Assembly (NCBI GenBank): GCA_002189035.1
Contig: NEEC01000020.1
Coordinates: forward strand, 620,001 to 684,000
Source: Utricularia gibba
Lineage: Eukaryota > Plantae > Magnoliophyta
Reading direction: 5' to 3'
DNA: 64,000 bases
A model generated the notes under the pieces. The model was not told the DNA's origin. It ran no database searches and saw nothing but the letters and a program-made list of their open reading frames with translations. The first letter of the stretch is position 1, and each line of letters opens with the position of its first letter. Positions 62,490 to 64,000 of the stretch are shown here, piece by piece. Position numbers and translations under genes: made by a program.

Positions 62490-62853
62490 AGAGCAATGAG
62501 GGAGTTTAAAGCGAAGAGCACCTTGAGCAGGGGCTAAATGCTTCTTCCTCGCCTTAGTACTAACAGCAGGTCCATGTCAATATCAAATGAAGGGTGTGAA
62601 TAGTAGAACCTGAACATGAACTGAACTGCAAAAAGAAGCTAATGGAAGGGATGTTATGCATCCAGAAGCCATAAGCATAGAGCAATGAAGAGCACCTTAT
62701 GCAGGGGGAGTCTGCTCTTGGACTGCCCAAGTGCTTCTCCCTCACCTTACTACTAACAGCAGGTCAATGTCAACATCAAATGAAGAGTGAATATGCAATC
62801 CTTAACATGAACTGAAATGCAGAAAGAAGCTAATGGAAGGGATTTTGTGCATC
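62490..62853. repeat. 189-bp-period direct duplication downstream of PRA1
   Basis: Both copies share agagcaatga...gaagagcacctt...tactaacagcaggtc.atgtcaa.atcaaatgaag...aacatgaactgaa.tgca.aaagaagctaatggaagggat. Confidence 0.9.
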
Positions 62854-63019
62854 TTGACAAATGAGAAGAATCAGGAAAGTAAAATACAAGCACACAAGTT
62901 TAAATCATGAGCAACAATGCTATTGGGGTGAATCGCAGAGCATTACTAAGGAATTCAGTGAACAAGTGAAGCCTGGATTGATGAAGCACTTTAGGGGTTG
63001 GTTCAGATCTGGGTGGAGT

Positions 63020-63640
63020 TCAAACGCGTGTGGCGACAGCGGGTGCGGCGGCGGTGGCAGCGGCGCCTCCAAGGAGCGACAAGAAACTCGAATTGGCAGG
63101 TCCTTGATCATCCAAGAACAGATCTTCGGGCACTCGGAAGGCTCCATGGGCGCAGACAACGGCAAGGCCGACAAGCAAAGAAGAGATCACGAGAGATCCA
63201 ATGCTGGTGAGGAAAACCACGACGATAGTCGAGACAACGAGAATCCCCAGCATCTCCCGATCGGAGAACGCGCGTCCGCCGATGACGAGAGGCTGGTCGG
63301 AGGGGCGAAAAGCGTAGAGAAATATCCACGCGGCGAGAAGAACCAACAGAACGAGGAGAGAGAACGGGTGAGAGAGGAGAGATATTCCAACAGAGAGCGC
63401 AATCACGGAGAAGTAGTTGACTCGGAAATAGGAGAAATTCCGGCGGATTCGGGATGCCGCCTCCCCGAGGTTGTCAGGCCGGGCGATGGCGGAGCGATCT
63501 ATGAGCTCCCTCCAAGGCCGGCGCTGAGACAGCCCCTGGCGTATGGTGGTGTTCAGGCGGGAGACGAAACTGCGCAACGCCGGAGTGGCGATCGGCGGCT
63601 GGGATTCCGACTGTGGGCTGGAGACAGGAAGCGTCGCCAT
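63020..63640 (-). CDS. PRA1.B: Prenylated Rab acceptor PRA1 family B protein, intronless
   Basis: RRPWRELIDRS...RIRRNFSYFRVNY...LLSHPFSL...AHGAFRVPEDLFLDDQ. Likely start at ATG 63640. Confidence 0.95.
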   Translation of the reverse strand: MATLPVSSPQSESQPPIATPALRSFVSRLNTTIRQGLSQRRPWRELIDRSAIARPDNLGEAASRIRRNFSYFRVNYFSVIALSVGISLLSHPFSLLVLLVLLAAWIFLYAFRPSDQPLVIGGRAFSDREMLGILVVSTIVVVFLTSIGSLVISSLLVGLAVVCAHGAFRVPEDLFLDDQGPANSSFLSLLGGAAATAAAPAVATRV

Positions 63641-64000
63641 CGTCGAAGAGAGAGAAAAGCCCTCAAAATGCAATGGCAATTATTTAGGGATAAAGATGCC
63701 TAACATTCGAATTTGGGATGGTAATGTAAATATTATATTAATACTTCTTTATTATCTTAATCTTATTTCATTAAAAAATTGATTTTACCTAATAATTATA
63801 AATTAGTCAACAATGTTCAAAAAATTAATCTCAAAATTTTATTACCTACCAATTTAACATAAATAATTACAATTGTTTGAAATAATTAACATTACTAATC
63901 TGTAAATATTTAAAATATTTAATAAAATTAATGATCCCTAATTTTAAAATAATATAAAGATAATTATACTTGATCGTTACACAATGAAAAATAAAAAATA

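Overview
Gene-dense plant (angiosperm) nuclear window: GC-richer genes with short introns, separated by very AT-rich spacers. About 19 protein-coding genes are supportable: a partial transmembrane gene, clade-I borate exporter BOR1, plastid ClpP5, a SWINGER/EZA1-type E(z) methyltransferase, two small 2-EF-hand genes, CP12, an S1 bZIP53-like gene, a TPR/J-like protein, TMEM205-like, an uncharacterised gene, GONST3/GGLT1, aspartylglucosaminidase, a degenerate SUVH, a group-I bZIP, AZG1, alpha-SNAP, PRA1.B, and one doubtful orphan ORF. RNA genes are a tRNA-Phe(GAA) and a complete U6atac snRNA gene with its Pol III USE+TATA promoter. Mobile DNA includes a MuDR transposase relic, a gypsy gag relic and an intact hAT MITE (18-bp TIRs, 8-bp TSD). 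The most notable observations are: (1) the U6atac gene wedged between two Pol II genes; (2) a sucrose-sensing (SIRT) uORF whose conserved stop is lost by a 1-nt deletion; (3) a duplicated head-to-head EF-hand gene pair with reciprocal decay; (4) a candidate 4-nt micro-exon in the E(z) gene; (5) a SUVH with a degenerate SET core; (6) a miR164-like hairpin next to the tRNA. BOR1, ClpP5 and AZG1 each carry a single-base deletion in a G/C run, which points to assembly error, so all 1-nt anomalies here need read-level checking. No database searches were run; homology calls rest on recalled family motifs. I found no single clearly new multi-gene system.
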